Of a stretch of DNA of 44,318 nucleotides, positions 20,742 to 30,101 are shown one piece after another (position 1 is the stretch's first letter; the number at the start of each line of letters is the position of its first letter). The notes below the pieces were generated by a model. That model made no database searches, was not told where the DNA came from, and was given only the letters and a program-made list of their open reading frames with translations. The translations under genes and the position numbers were made by a program. Origin of the DNA: Dehalococcoidia bacterium (lineage in GTDB: Bacteria > Chloroflexota > Dehalococcoidia > Dehalococcoidales > S120); contig DUER01000139.1 in the NCBI GenBank assembly GCA_011192075.1, positions 1 to 44,318 on the forward strand, in the 5' to 3' direction.

Positions 20742-20889
20742 AGGGAGCATTGCTAACACTCAGCATGGGAATAGAATAACACCGTAGTAATACGAGTAGG
20801 TGAGCAACGGTGTGGTACAAACTGGCTTTTCTCCTCTTTGCGTTATCTTTTGTGATAGGAGTGTAGGCGCCAGTGATACCTTCTAACGT

Positions 20890-21654
20890 TCACGGCCATT
20901 CAGAGCCAAATGTTTTAACCTCGCAAATTTTCCCTGTATAGCTGGCAGCGTCCTGGGCTGCTAGCCAGACGGCAGGCGGTTCCACTATCGATGTAGGAGG
21001 GAGGCTATCCGCTACATCAGCTGGTACCCTAGAAATCATCCCCGGCGACCCCACCATCCCCGGATTGAGCAGGTTGACGGCAATGTTGTACTCAGCTACC
21101 TCCGCGGCAAGTTTAAGCATCATCCGGTTCAACCCCGCCTTGCTCGCTGAATAAGCACTGTTCCCCGGATGCGTGCTATCCGCCAAGCCGGAGGTAATAT
21201 TGACAATGCTCCCGCTCTTTCGCTGTATCATGATGGGAAGGACAGCCCGCGTGCACAGGAAAACGCCCCAGACGTTCAACCGCCAAATATTGTCGAAGTC
21301 GCTTATTTCCGTCTCCAGAAAGGTCGCGCCGTGCAAAACGCCAGCGTTGTTGACTAGGATATCGATGGCACCGTAGGTGCTCACGGCCTTCCCTACCATG
21401 CTTTCGACCTCGCCAGCTATCGTTACATCGCAGCGGACTGGCAGGGCCTTCCCACCCAGAACCTTTATCTCCTCTGCAGTTTTGTAGATCGTGCCGGGTA
21501 GGGAGGGTGGCTCCTCTTCTGACCGGGCAGCGATGACGATGTTAGCCCCGGCTCGAGCCAGAGCTAAGGAGATGGCTTTCCCAATACCACGGCTACCTCC
21601 TGTAACTATAGCTGTCTTGCCAGAGAGATCCACATTAAGATGTTCCTTTGACAT
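20890..21654 (-). CDS. Classical short-chain dehydrogenase/reductase
   Basis: TGGSRGIG, NNAG and YSASK. AAGGAGG precedes ATG 21654. Confidence 0.93.
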   Translation of the reverse strand: MSKEHLNVDLSGKTAIVTGGSRGIGKAISLALARAGANIVIAARSEEEPPSLPGTIYKTAEEIKVLGGKALPVRCDVTIAGEVESMVGKAVSTYGAIDILVNNAGVLHGATFLETEISDFDNIWRLNVWGVFLCTRAVLPIMIQRKSGSIVNITSGLADSTHPGNSAYSASKAGLNRMMLKLAAEVAEYNIAVNLLNPGMVGSPGMISRVPADVADSLPPTSIVEPPAVWLAAQDAASYTGKICEVKTFGSEWP

Positions 21655-21979
21655 GACTACCTCCTTCAACCCTGTTTCTCAAGGTCACCTGCTAAGACTA
21701 GAGTAAAAGTATGCTAAGACGTGGAATTCGAATACACTACCATCCTCTACTCCGCTTATGATCATAATAGCCATGCCGTCTGACACATATTTCATCTTCA
21801 TCTCACACAGAGGAATCTACTTCCCCCATTCACCATATCGGTGACTACGCCATCTCTAGATTTGAGAGCACATGCAATTTGCTTCTCGCTGAGTGTCCAA
21901 TGTGTGTCATCAGTGAGACTGGAATAAACCGCTAATGGATAGTTTAAGTAGTTAAACTGTGTTTGTCAACGACGTGCCG

Positions 21980-24900
21980 TTACTTGATATCCGCATGATA
22001 ACTTTGTAGGGCTTTTACCCCAGACTTTCCTTGACGGTATGTGTAAATTCCCTTTGCGGTAGCGCTAGCAGCAGCTAATGTAGTCATATAAGGCACCTTA
22101 TATTTGATTGCCGTCTTACGGATATAAGAGTCATCATATTGACTTAGTTTGCCGCTCGGTGTATTGATGACCAATTGAATCTCACCATTCATGAGTGCAT
22201 CTACGATATTGGGCCGTCCCTCGTGCATCTTAAGTATCAATTCAGATTCGATACCATGGCTAGCCAAGAATTGATGTGTACCTTGTGTGGCCCTAATTTT
22301 AAAGCCTAGCTCTGCAAACTGCTTGGCCACGTCAGCCACAGCAGGTCGATCTTTAGTAGACACGGTTATTAAGACAGTACCATCTGTGGGGAGCAACTGT
22401 TGTGCCGCCTCCTCCGCCTTAAAAAAGGCGAGACCATAACAATCTGCGATTCCAAGTACCTCACCAGTAGAGCGCATTTCCGGCCCGAGGAGTGGGTCCA
22501 CCTCGGGGAACATGTTAAAGGGGAAAACTGCTTCTTTGACTCCGAAATGTGGAATCGTTTGAGGCTTGAGATCAAGCTCGTTTAGCTTCTTGCCCAACAT
22601 TAGCTGGGTGGCAATTCGTGCCATTGACACATTACAGACCTTTGATACCAGTGGCACCGTCCGTGAGGCTCGAGGATTAGCTTCCAGTACATAGACGACA
22701 TTATTAGCGATAGCATACTGGATATTCATCAGGCCGATAACGTTAAGCTCCTTGGCAATTTTCCTGGTGTATTCATAAACGGTGTAAATGTGCTCTTGAG
22801 CTAGACTGACAGGCGGTATCACACAGGCTGAGTCTCCAGAGTGGACCCCGGCTAATTCAATGTGCTCCATGACCGAGGGAACAAAGGCATGTGTTCCGTC
22901 GGCAATGGCATCGGCTTCTGCCTCAATAGCATTTTCAAGGAACTTATCAATCAGGATGGGTCGGTCTGGAGTTACATCTACAGCTGCAGTGACGTACTCT
23001 TTGAGCATTTCCTCATCATAGACTACCTCCATGCCACGTCCACCAAGTACATATGATGGCCGCACCATTAGAGGATATCCTATTCGGCTGGCGACGTTCA
23101 GTGCCTCCTCCAAGTTGCTGGCCATTCCGGATTCCGGCATCGGGATGCCGAGCTTTCGCATCTGTTGACGGAAGCGGTCCCTATCTTCGGCGAGGTCTAT
23201 AGTCTCAGGTGAAGTACCAAGAATTCTAATACCGGCCTCAGCCAATTCATTGGCAATATTGAGGGGCGTCTGCCCGCCAAACTGGACAATAACACCTTCC
23301 GGCTTTTCCTTTTCGTAAATACTTAATACGTCTTCTACTGTTAGTGGTTCAAAATAGAGCTTATCCGAGGTATCGTAATCGGTTGAAACTGTCTCTGGGT
23401 TACAGTTGACCATTATGGTTTCGTAGCCTTCATCGCGCAAGGCAAAAGCGGCATGGACGCAACAATAGTCAAACTCTATGCCTTGGCCAATTCGATTAGG
23501 CCCACCACCCAAGACCATAACCTTTCGACGGTTACTGCTTATGGTTTTGTCCGCTGCGTTATAGGTCGAAAAATAGTACGCCGCGTTTTCCACACCACTT
23601 ACCGGAACTGCTTCCCAGCCTTCAACTACCTCTAGAGAAATACGTTGTTGCCGGATTTCTCTCTCGGGAACACCAAGAAGCTGTGATAGGTAGCGGTCGG
23701 CAAACCCGTCTTTCTTGGCTTGAATAAGCAAATCATCTGGCAATGGCTTTCCTCGGTAATGTAGGAACTGCTCCTCTAATTCAACAAGTTCTTTCATCTG
23801 CTCAATAAACCAGGGCTTGATATATGTCTTCTCATATAGTTCCTCTACACTCGCACCCTTACGTAGTGCCTCGTACATGATGAACTGTCGTTCACTGGAC
23901 GGCTCATTTAGCAGTTCCATAAGTTCATCTAATGATTTTTCATGAAAGTCTTTGGCGGAGCCCAGCCCGTAGCGGCCGTTTTCTAAGGAGCGGATTGATT
24001 TCTGGAACGCTTCTTTATAGGTCTTTCCGATACTCATCACTTCGCCTACGGCACGCATCTGGGTACCAAGTCTATCCTCGGCATCCCTAAATTTTTCAAA
24101 AGCCCACCGAGCGAACTTGACTACCACGTAATCACCCGAGGGGGTATATTTCTCCAGAGTACCTTCACGCCAGTACGGAATTTCGTCGAGGGTGAGGCCA
24201 GCCGCTAACTTGGAAGAAATCAACGCAATAGGGAAACCTGTTGCTTTGGAGGCGAGTGCCGACGAACGCGAAGTCCTGGGATTAATCTCAATAACCACAA
24301 CTTGGCCAGTCTTAGGGTTGTGAGCAAACTGAATATTAGTGCCACCGATTACACGTATTGCCTCTACGATATTGTAAGAGTATTCTTGGAGACGTTTCTG
24401 CAGTTCGGGGTCAATTGTAAGCATAGGTGCTGTGCAATAAGAGTCGCCGGTATGGATACCCATTGCGTCCACATTTTCAATGAAACACACCGTAATCATC
24501 TGGTTTTTGGCATCACGCACTACTTCCAGTTCTAGCTCTTCCCAACCCAGAACTGATTCCTCTATCAGCACCTGGCCGATAAGACTGGCAGTAATACCCC
24601 GGCTGGTAACAGTGCGCAATTCCTCCACGTTGTAAACCAGTCCGCCACCGGTTCCACCCATGCAATAGGCGGGGCGGACAACGACTGGATACCCGAGTTT
24701 AGCAGCGACCTTTTGGGCGTCATCAACATTGTAGACTGCTTCACTTTGTGGCATTTCTATGCCCAAACGGTTCATTGTTTCCTTGAACGCAATTCGGTCC
24801 TCACCACGCACGATAGCATCAATCTCTACACCAATTATTTTAACTCCATATTTGTCAAGGACTCCGGAACGCGCTAGCTGAGCACTAAGATTAAGACCAG

Positions 24901-25180
24901 TTTGACCACCTAGGTTCGGCAGTAAAGCATCAGGCCGCTCTTTTTCGATAATTTGAGTCATTACTTCAAGATTGAGCGGCTCAATGTAGGTAACATCTGC
25001 CATTCCAGGGTCGGTCATGATGGTTGCTGGATTTGAATTTACTAGCACAATTTCATAACCCAGTCCGCGGAGGGCTTTGCAAGCCTGGGTTCCAGAGTAG
25101 TCAAATTCGCAGGCCTGCCCAATTACAATGGGCCCGGATCCGATAATCATTACCCTTTTAATATCATTTCTTCTCGGCAT
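21980..25180 (-). CDS. carB: Carbamoyl-phosphate synthase large subunit
   Basis: IGSGPIVIGQACEFDYSG, NPRTSRSSALASKATG, GPNRIGQGIEFDY, and an MGS-like C-terminus; 1066 aa. Confidence 0.97.
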   Translation of the reverse strand: MPRRNDIKRVMIIGSGPIVIGQACEFDYSGTQACKALRGLGYEIVLVNSNPATIMTDPGMADVTYIEPLNLEVMTQIIEKERPDALLPNLGGQTGLNLSAQLARSGVLDKYGVKIIGVEIDAIVRGEDRIAFKETMNRLGIEMPQSEAVYNVDDAQKVAAKLGYPVVVRPAYCMGGTGGGLVYNVEELRTVTSRGITASLIGQVLIEESVLGWEELELEVVRDAKNQMITVCFIENVDAMGIHTGDSYCTAPMLTIDPELQKRLQEYSYNIVEAIRVIGGTNIQFAHNPKTGQVVVIEINPRTSRSSALASKATGFPIALISSKLAAGLTLDEIPYWREGTLEKYTPSGDYVVVKFARWAFEKFRDAEDRLGTQMRAVGEVMSIGKTYKEAFQKSIRSLENGRYGLGSAKDFHEKSLDELMELLNEPSSERQFIMYEALRKGASVEELYEKTYIKPWFIEQMKELVELEEQFLHYRGKPLPDDLLIQAKKDGFADRYLSQLLGVPEREIRQQRISLEVVEGWEAVPVSGVENAAYYFSTYNAADKTISSNRRKVMVLGGGPNRIGQGIEFDYCCVHAAFALRDEGYETIMVNCNPETVSTDYDTSDKLYFEPLTVEDVLSIYEKEKPEGVIVQFGGQTPLNIANELAEAGIRILGTSPETIDLAEDRDRFRQQMRKLGIPMPESGMASNLEEALNVASRIGYPLMVRPSYVLGGRGMEVVYDEEMLKEYVTAAVDVTPDRPILIDKFLENAIEAEADAIADGTHAFVPSVMEHIELAGVHSGDSACVIPPVSLAQEHIYTVYEYTRKIAKELNVIGLMNIQYAIANNVVYVLEANPRASRTVPLVSKVCNVSMARIATQLMLGKKLNELDLKPQTIPHFGVKEAVFPFNMFPEVDPLLGPEMRSTGEVLGIADCYGLAFFKAEEAAQQLLPTDGTVLITVSTKDRPAVADVAKQFAELGFKIRATQGTHQFLASHGIESELILKMHEGRPNIVDALMNGEIQLVINTPSGKLSQYDDSYIRKTAIKYKVPYMTTLAAASATAKGIYTYRQGKSGVKALQSYHADIK

Positions 25181-25387
25181 ATGGGTGTCTCCTATACTAT
25201 TTCAACTAAGTGACTAAGATGCTTTGATGCAGAGTGTCTACCTCTAGTCTATTGACTAATCCCATAAGCGATATATAGTCTATATCAGTTACTATTTTAT
25301 TTAACCTGCGGTTCAGGTTTAAATTTCGCTTTTTGGCTTGCGTAATGATATATTGGTAGTGACTTGTCGACCAAGCTGTCCATAATT

Positions 25388-26431
25388 TCAGGTTTGGTAT
25401 TGTTGTAGGAATTTCCCTCTCTCTTGCAAGAACCAGTCTGCCTCCTCATCTATCATATCCATGATGGGCAGACCATAGGGGCACTTAGTTTCACACTCGC
25501 CACATTTCTGGCAGTTGGCAACCTTCTCCATCATCTCACCAACGGTGCCGCTAAAGATCCCCTCTGGTGGATATCGCTTGACAGCACTCCGCACCTGCAA
25601 TATAAATGAAATCAGTATCCCCTCGGGGCAGGGCTGGCAGTAGTCGCAGTTACGGCAGAATCTGGTACCCAGTTCCGCTTTGACACGTGCCATCTCATGC
25701 TGCTCTGTCTCACTCATGGACCACGGCGCTTCCACTATACGGATAACGTCTTCTATATACTCCGTCTTATCAATGCCCACCAGCGGTAATACGTCAGGGA
25801 ATCCCATGAGATACTTGAAGGCAAGGGTTATGTTGTCTAACATGCCCCCAGCCAGCGGCTTCATTGCGATGACGCCCACGTCGTTTTCCCTGGCCAAGGG
25901 TAAAAGCTCGTTAGCAGCTACGTCGTTGACAAAATTTAAGGCTACCATAACGGTCTCGAAATGAGGGGATTTCACGGCCTCTTTAAGTACATCGAGTGAG
26001 TGTGAAGTCAAGCCAATGTGCTTGACCACGCCGGCTCTTTTCGCTTCCTGTAATACTGTCATAGGGCCGTTAGGGTCAAGGACTGTCTTGAGGTCATCAA
26101 AATCGCGGACACCGTGCATCTGGTACAGGTCGATATAGTCAGTGCCCAGCCGCTCCAGGCTTAGGTTGAGGTCACTAGCCACGCCATCACACGTACGCGA
26201 TGGAGTCTTGGTGGCCAGGATGAGGCTCTCTCTTCGTCCGGCAATGGCCTTACCTATGCGCTCCTCACTAGTAGTATAGACATGGGAGGAATCAAGAATA
26301 GTGACACCCAAGTCAAGGCATCTCCTGACTACGGTCACTGCCTCATCTTCGGTAAGTCTTTGAATGGGAATGCCTCCAAAACCCACTTTCGATACCATCA
26401 TCTCAGTTCTACCCAGTCTCATCTTCTGCAT
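25388..26431 (-). CDS. Aldo/keto reductase with C-terminal 4Fe-4S dicluster
   Basis: RLGRTEMMVSKVGFGG, SLERLGTDYIDLYQMH, AMKPLAGG, CRNCDYCQPCP and CQKCGECETKCP. Start may instead be GTG 26443. Confidence 0.93.
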   Translation of the reverse strand: MQKMRLGRTEMMVSKVGFGGIPIQRLTEDEAVTVVRRCLDLGVTILDSSHVYTTSEERIGKAIAGRRESLILATKTPSRTCDGVASDLNLSLERLGTDYIDLYQMHGVRDFDDLKTVLDPNGPMTVLQEAKRAGVVKHIGLTSHSLDVLKEAVKSPHFETVMVALNFVNDVAANELLPLARENDVGVIAMKPLAGGMLDNITLAFKYLMGFPDVLPLVGIDKTEYIEDVIRIVEAPWSMSETEQHEMARVKAELGTRFCRNCDYCQPCPEGILISFILQVRSAVKRYPPEGIFSGTVGEMMEKVANCQKCGECETKCPYGLPIMDMIDEEADWFLQERGKFLQQYQT

Positions 26432-26682
26432 AATAAACTGCACGCCATTTTGCTTTGTCTGAGAACCATCTTATCATTTAAGGAGGGTTATTTCAAGGAA
26501 GTCCTTTATTAAAACATAAGATGGCTTGCCTCCATAGCAATGGTTCAACTTGTGATAGTTATAGAATTAAAATTTGGGGGATATTGTAATAGTTTGCCGC
26601 TAGGGCGGAATCCTGCATCTGGCCATGGTTTAAGGAAGCATGATGGTATGCCTTCAGCCATTTGTGGTTTAGGACTCGAAGG

Positions 26683-27630
26683 TCACTGTACCACAATATA
26701 ACTGGCCCCACTTGACCCCAAGCTGTGCTTCATAGCTGTAACGACCTGTAGTGACTGTGAGGGATCGGGAACCAGCCTATTCTTAGCCTCGTAAGTCAAT
26801 AGTATCCTCATCGCTTCGATGTCTATTGCGACCAGGTCTCCGGAGGCAAGTAATAGCTCTGGCTCCACCAATTGACCCTTGTCAGGACCACCGGAGACAA
26901 AACCTTTTCTGCAATCCATGATTACTAGGTTGGGTTGCCAGCACAGACTGATTTCAGCAATCTTTTGCTCCAAGTGACGAGCGTGGAGAGCCCGCCGCTC
27001 GCCCGGGTGCATAAAGCCTACCGCAAGCTTCAGCGCACCGGAAAATCGCGCCGAGGTGTGGGTCTTCATGCAGGGTAAATAGACTATCTTATCAGCTTCA
27101 TAAGCGGAGCGGGGCATAGTTACCACTCGTAGGTAGTCTCCATCAATTTTAACCCGCAGCCAGTCATTACTCCTGTCCTCGAAGGCAATGAGGTCTACAT
27201 TCAAATGCTTCGCCAAATCGAATACGCCTAGTTTGTGAAAAACATTCCTGGTCGGTCGCCATATTCCTCCGGAGCTTTCACCTATGGTAACTTTGGCGCC
27301 TTCCTCTAAAAGGCACTCAACCACAGCATGCAGAAAGGCCAGGTCTGTAGAGCCAGGAAATGGGTCGGGACTGTTGAAGTTAGGTTTTACTAGAACCTTA
27401 TCACCACGACCAATGACCTGCCTCAGTCCACCCAGCAGGGTGATGACCCTATTAACAGAGGTCCTTATGTCACTGCCGGCTATCTCCCTAGCCACCAGAG
27501 CTTGGCCGTCACTACACCATGGATTGACAGTACGGGGCTTTGGGTTAACCAGCGATGTACCATCTGGCACCCTATCACTTAGGAAGTGATAAGCCCCAAT
27601 AAGCTTATCGACGAAACTTGCCGTGGTCAT
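26683..27630 (-). CDS. DUF362 domain protein
   Basis: VLVKPNF, VTIGESS, PCMKTH, SGALKL and DLVAID. Confidence 0.85.
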   Translation of the reverse strand: MTTASFVDKLIGAYHFLSDRVPDGTSLVNPKPRTVNPWCSDGQALVAREIAGSDIRTSVNRVITLLGGLRQVIGRGDKVLVKPNFNSPDPFPGSTDLAFLHAVVECLLEEGAKVTIGESSGGIWRPTRNVFHKLGVFDLAKHLNVDLIAFEDRSNDWLRVKIDGDYLRVVTMPRSAYEADKIVYLPCMKTHTSARFSGALKLAVGFMHPGERRALHARHLEQKIAEISLCWQPNLVIMDCRKGFVSGGPDKGQLVEPELLLASGDLVAIDIEAMRILLTYEAKNRLVPDPSQSLQVVTAMKHSLGSSGASYIVVQ

Positions 27631-27854
27631 TTTTCTATCGATGATTACATAGTCCTGAGTCTCTTGATAGTAGGTATTATAGGGGCATTAGGTATTACAA
27701 ACAAACCCTCTGACTCTTTAATTCAAGCCGTGGCATGACCGGTACCTTAGCCTTTGATTTTACAATTTGATATTGTACTCATCTATGTTTGTTTCGATCA
27801 CTGAACAATATAGCGTTCTGTTACCTCGTATGTATAAAGGTTCTATTTTTAGCA

Positions 27855-27914
27855 TTGACAAGTCCGTTAAATCAGGACTAAACTCAGGTTCCAACATGTG
27901 AAATAACCTTAAAA
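27855..27914 (+). promoter_or_regulatory. Promoter plus conserved downstream motif (copy 2)
   Basis: TTGACA, 18 bp, TAAACT, then GTTCCAACATGTGAA...ACCTTAAAA. Confidence 0.6.
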
Positions 27915-27934
27915 ACAATACTAGGAATAGAAAA

Positions 27935-28117
27935 ATGTATCTGAAATTCATTTAGGAGGACAAGGAAATCATCTTAACTCCAGAGGTTATAAGAGACATA
28001 AGGAAACAGCTGGAGCCACAGATTAAGGAAATCCCCTTCGGTGTTCTTATCGAGACAGTTGAGGCCAGTGGTTTATCTGTTAAGAATCTTATTAACCTGT
28101 TTAAGAAGGTATGTTAG
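27935..28117 (+). pseudogene. Small hypothetical protein with an in-frame TAG at codon 7
   Basis: MYLKFI*EDKEIILTPEVIRDIRKQLEPQIKEIPFGVLIETVEASGLSVKNLINLFKKVC*, directly after the promoter at 27855. Confidence 0.4.
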
Positions 28118-28167
28118 GCCGTAAACAGTAATTAGTTGACCATGGGCCGGGGAGTAAAATTGTAAAG

Positions 28168-28326
28168 ATGAATAATACTAATGTCCAGCATAGTAGAAAA
28201 ACCCAGTACTTTAACTCAGAAACCTGGAAATGTAGGAAGAGTCCTGCTGGTGCGCACCACTGGATTATAAATGGCAATATGATGAAGTGTAAGTATTGTC
28301 ATGAAGAAAGGCATAAAACTAAGTAA
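28168..28326 (+). CDS. 52-aa putative zinc-binding microprotein
   Basis: MNNTNVQHSRKTQYFNSETWKCRKSPAGAHHWIINGNMMKCKYCHEERHKTK with C...HH...CxxC. TAAAAT lies 7 nt before the ATG. Confidence 0.6.
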   Translation: MNNTNVQHSRKTQYFNSETWKCRKSPAGAHHWIINGNMMKCKYCHEERHKTK

Positions 28327-28450
28327 CCTGCACTACACAAAAGGGTCTAAGCTTAGGTGGTAGTGACCTACCCCCCAAAAACTAGTCTAGGTAAAATGTT
28401 AGACTATGTATCAATAATATTTAATAAAAAACAGGGTTACACTCTAAGTT

Positions 28451-28801
28451 TCAAGACTTTATCATTACTAACATCATTTTGAATTTCTTTATTGCTCGTA
28501 ATGCGTGCGGTTCATCAGCAGGCATTATAACCATATCACCGTCTTTTAGGTGAAGAGATTTACCAGAGATAGTAACCTCAGCTTCACCATCAAGGATATA
28601 GACCAAAGCATCGAACGGAGCCGTATGTTCACTTAGTCCTTGTCCACCATCGAAAGCAAACAAAGTGCATGTTCCAGTAGTCTTATCAATTATTGTCCGG
28701 CTCACTACAGAACCTTCCCGGTAATCAATTAGACTGATTAATTCTATAGCTTGACCCAGGAGCTTATCAGTATCTTTTTGACCTTTATTATGTTCCATCA
28801 C
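28451..28801 (-). CDS. Cupin domain protein
   Basis: TLFAFDGGQGLSEHTAPFDALVYILDGEA and MPADEPHAL. Confidence 0.92.
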   Translation of the reverse strand: MMEHNKGQKDTDKLLGQAIELISLIDYREGSVVSRTIIDKTTGTCTLFAFDGGQGLSEHTAPFDALVYILDGEAEVTISGKSLHLKDGDMVIMPADEPHALRAIKKFKMMLVMIKS

Positions 28802-28899
28802 TACACCTCATTGGTTCCCCTTGACTTGCCCCCATAAAGGATACCACTTCTTAAGTTAGAGTTACCAGTAAAATAGTTCCTTTTTCAGCGTATCATCTT

Positions 28900-28962
28900 A
28901 TAGAAAAGGCAAACGGTATCAAATATTTATACGCATGGCTGGACAAACATCCCCATGTTTGT
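28900..28962. repeat. 63-bp direct repeat, copy 1
   Basis: ATAGAAAAGGCAAACGGTATC...GGACAAACATCCccATGTTTGT, 61 of 63 identical to 29953-30015. Confidence 0.93.
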
Positions 28963-29068
28963 CAAAGTCTATATTTATGTCTACCTCTAATTCAAATTTT
29001 GACAAAACGACTGCAAATAGTGTAGTATCCGCAATATTGTGGCAAAATAAACCGAATAGCAGTTAGCT

Positions 29069-29155
29069 ATGAAAAAAGCAATCATTGGAGTCTTGGTAGT
29101 TTTACTCTTAATCTCCGGACTGGTGGCTGGTTGTACAGGAGTTAAGGAGTACTAA
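29069..29155 (+). pseudogene. 28-aa lipoprotein signal-peptide-only ORF
   Basis: MKKAIIGVLVVLLLISGLVAGCTGVKEY* with lipobox VAGC. Preceded by TTGACA, 18 bp, TAGTAT. Confidence 0.6.
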
Positions 29156-29168
29156 AGGAGGAAGTAAC

Positions 29169-29717
29169 TTGAAACGCTTTGTAGTATTGGTTGGTTTACT
29201 CTTACTATCTATGGTACTCGTCACAGGATGTAGTGGTATCTCAAAAGATAGTTATGATACTGCTATCGAGGAGATCAGCAATCTTAAAGCCCAGTTGTCC
29301 AATATCCAAGCTGATCTGAGTAAAAGCAAGGCTGATCTTGCAGCTGCGCAACAGACACTGACCACGGTCACCGCTGATCGGGACTCAGCCAAAAGTCAGC
29401 TAGTTCAAGCCAATGCTGACCTTGCGACTGCCCAACAGTCATTCTCCGCTCTGAATACATCTGCCAAAACATATCAGCCTTATGTGGACGCATCCGCGTT
29501 ATGGTTGGATGTGTGGTTAAATACGACTGGTTGGGACGAGGAAACTTGGACCGCCTGGAGGGCAAATATGGCTACCGTCGTTTCATCTACTCCAGATCTC
29601 AAAGCCGCCTGGGACAAGATACGTAACACAACAGGTGCCGAGCATATTGCTGCTGAAACAGCGTTTGGCGAATTGTTATTGCAAAAATTAACCGAGTTGA
29701 AACCTAAAACCCAATAG
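29169..29717 (+). CDS. Coiled-coil lipoprotein of unknown function
   Basis: AAGGAGG RBS, lipobox VTGC and heptad-like repeats (KADLAAAQQ / NADLATAQQ). Confidence 0.8.
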   Translation: MKRFVVLVGLLLLSMVLVTGCSGISKDSYDTAIEEISNLKAQLSNIQADLSKSKADLAAAQQTLTTVTADRDSAKSQLVQANADLATAQQSFSALNTSAKTYQPYVDASALWLDVWLNTTGWDEETWTAWRANMATVVSSTPDLKAAWDKIRNTTGAEHIAAETAFGELLLQKLTELKPKTQ

Positions 29718-29952
29718 GGTATCACCTTAGTATATGGCAACGGACAACTGAAAACATCGTATTATCAAAGAGTGAAGGTGCTTTATAGAACTTCAAGCTA
29801 TCCTTCTGAAACATTTATTCATCGTCCAAAGATAGAACAGGACTGTTCACCTTTAGAGTTGGTATCTAATATCCAGTAGCAGGATGGACATTTAACCGGA
29901 TTTTGTTCTTCTTCTTACGAAAAGACATCCCGATAAAAGTGGTTTTCACTTA

Positions 29953-30015
29953 ATAGAAAAGGCAAACGGTATCAAATATTTATACGCATGGCTGGACAAA
30001 CATCCTAATGTTTGT
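29953..30015. repeat. 63-bp direct repeat, copy 2
   Basis: Matches 28900-28962 except at 30006-30007. Confidence 0.93.
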
Positions 30016-30028
30016 TTGGTAGAAAAAG

Positions 30029-30101
30029 GTTCCTTTTTTAACCTGATTCATCAAGCATGACCTTTAGGCGTGATATTAAGCGGACCTTTTTATCGCGGCT
30101 G
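30029..30101. repeat. 73-bp inverted repeat, left arm
   Basis: GTTCCTTTTTTAACCTGATTC...CCTTTTTATCGCGGCTG is the reverse complement of 31162-31234 with 3 mismatches. Confidence 0.93.

Noticed and set aside
28305-28375. Second possible degenerate c-di-GMP-I motif (GGCA...GGGTCTAAG)
   Set aside because: It overlaps the end of the 52-aa ORF and the required stems cannot be formed.
28900-28962. c-di-GMP-I riboswitch resemblance (GGCAAAC...ACGCA) in the direct repeat
   Set aside because: No GNRA-capped stem, weak pairing and no second hairpin with the receptor motif. A minus-strand promoter explains the sequence better.
29760-29930. Minus-strand fragment reading EEEQNPVKCPSCYWILD...
   Set aside because: No in-frame start or RBS, and too short to support. 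At most it is another decayed small gene behind repeat copy 2.
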